NCBI GenBank assembly: GCA_963788195.1
Contig: CAWBGA010000013.1
Coordinates: 352,001-416,000, forward strand
Direction of reading: 5' to 3'
Length of the DNA: 64,000 bases
DNA from: Nitrospirota bacterium
GTDB lineage: Bacteria > Nitrospirota > Nitrospiria > Nitrospirales > NS-4
Shown here: piece after piece, positions 62,958-64,000 of the stretch
Layout of the letters: each line of letters begins with the position of its first letter
Position numbering within the stretch: position 1 is the first letter of the stretch
The notes under the pieces: model-generated
The model's input: the letters and a program-made list of their open reading frames with translations, nothing else
Databases searched by the model: none
Told to the model about the DNA's origin: nothing
Translations under genes and position numbers: made by a program

Positions 62958-63251
62958 CTACATTGAATGAATGCCGAATTTCGGGGCGCAGATTCGCTCG
63001 CTATGACATCTCGGGCACCGGCCGGGCCTCGTGAAACGCGCCCGGCTGCGGAAGATAAACGCGCATTGCTCGCATTCGGCCGGCTCACGAATAATCTGTC
63101 GCGTTGAGTCCCGTGCGAGGCTACGTGCGATGTGGGTTAGATGGTCTTCTATCTCACGTTCCGAGATCGCGTGGAGAGCCGCAAGGTCGTAGGCCGAATA
63201 CACACCGCCGGTGAGCGTGAGCATGATTTGCTGGCGTAAGGTTAATGGCAC
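62958..63251 (-). CDS. HTH + zinc-ribbon predicted transcriptional regulator (COG3357-like)
   Basis: TLRQQI...EREIEDHLTHIARS...PAECEQCAFIF...PGRCPRCHSERI. Confidence 0.8.
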   Translation of the reverse strand: MPLTLRQQIMLTLTGGVYSAYDLAALHAISEREIEDHLTHIARSLARDSTRQIIREPAECEQCAFIFRSRARFTRPGRCPRCHSERICAPKFGIHSM

Positions 63252-63348
63252 GACGTAAAGTAAGACGCAAACAGATCAACAGATGGGCTTGCCGAGGCGG
63301 TTAAGATTTTGCTAAGCTCCTGTCCACTCAACTCTACCGAGGTGAATC

Positions 63349-63774
63349 ATGGGAGAAGTGAATCCAGAACCGACCACGAAGGCGGTTCAGGACGTTACGG
63401 CTATCAATGTCGATCCTGCCCTCGGAGAGCGACTGTATAAGGCTGCTGTCATCCAGACACGCCAGGGCACCACAGTTCGGGTGTTGTCAAAGACCCTGGG
63501 GTCGGGAAAGATCGACGTTGTGCACTATGCCTGTGATCTCGACGCGGACGGCACGCCTCAGGGAAAGCGGCGCATTCATCGCATCATGGCTGTCGCGCCT
63601 GAGCGATTTGACTCCGAAATCGCTACTATCCAGAAGAGCCTGAAGGCGAACAGCGAGGAGATCCAAGACACCTGGATCCACGACATGGTCGGCATGTCGG
63701 ATCTCATCGCTCAGAGTAACAGCCTTGAAGACTGGACCCGCAAAATGGCGGCGGAGATTCGAAAAACCCCATAA
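63349..63774 (+). CDS. Hypothetical protein
   Basis: RBS GAGGTG, 141-aa ORF; no motif recognised. Confidence 0.65.
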   Translation: MGEVNPEPTTKAVQDVTAINVDPALGERLYKAAVIQTRQGTTVRVLSKTLGSGKIDVVHYACDLDADGTPQGKRRIHRIMAVAPERFDSEIATIQKSLKANSEEIQDTWIHDMVGMSDLIAQSNSLEDWTRKMAAEIRKTP

Positions 63775-63777
63775 TCT

Positions 63778-64000
63778 CTAAACCGTAATTGCGCCGGTCG
63801 TAGGACGACGGTTCACGATCACCTCCAGGCGCCGGTGTGCTGCACGCAACGTCGCTTCCACTTGTTCAGCACTATTCCCGCGTGCGATCAGAAATCCGAG
63901 ATACCGTGTGCCTTCCGGAAGCGGAACCAGTTCTTCGCCCGGCTGCGCCGTGATCACAAGTTCCTCCACGCCGGGGACCGCCAGTGCTTCGAGCTGTCCA
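63778..64000 (-). CDS. C-terminus of a probable ATP-grasp domain protein (5' end outside window)
   Basis: VPLPEGTRYLGFLIARG...VEATLRAA resembles the C-terminal domain of L-amino-acid-ligase-like ATP-grasp proteins. Confidence 0.6.
   Translation of the reverse strand, partial: GQLEALAVPGVEELVITAQPGEELVPLPEGTRYLGFLIARGNSAEQVEATLRAAHRRLEVIVNRRPTTGAITV

Noticed and set aside
1..64000. tRNA, rRNA, transposase, integrase or prophage genes
   Set aside because: None recognised by eye or in the ORF track; a covariance-model scan was not possible.

Overview
Bacterial chromosomal window, GC-rich; gene content suggests Nitrospirota (inference only). In order it holds: the 3' part of a vanadium haloperoxidase; a hybrid type II secretion/type IV pilus locus (pseudopilins, TPR-peptidase, lipidated TPR-secretin with a cohesin-like C-terminus, LysM lipoprotein, PilC, PilB, PilMNO(P), pilin); a signalling block with three paralogous GAF-histidine kinases and a PAS-GAF-PAS kinase; a 2902-aa cyclic beta-1,2-glucan synthase; HU; an acyl desaturase; a poly-HAMP hybrid kinase/CheR/REC-kinase cluster; FKBP, GNAT, CbiX, TldD/TldE; a FecR-like protein and CHASE2 cyclase; a SprT + DUF2779-type nuclease pair; EttA; a trypsin-TPR protease; a secreted xGINPG-repeat protein and several hypotheticals. 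About ten single-base frameshifts, mostly in short homopolymers, probably reflect sequencing error. The most unusual signal is non-coding: a dispersed ~45-50 bp repeat whose G-rich strand reads GGG-N4-[7-8 bp hairpin of variable, covarying sequence]-GGG(G)-N1-2-GGG-N1-2-GGG-TG, a predicted quadruplex-duplex hybrid. It forms tandem arrays, sits inside the hairpin loop of other copies of itself, and is present or absent between two copies of a second structured repeat. This points to a non-autonomous mobile element; no cognate transposase is in the window.
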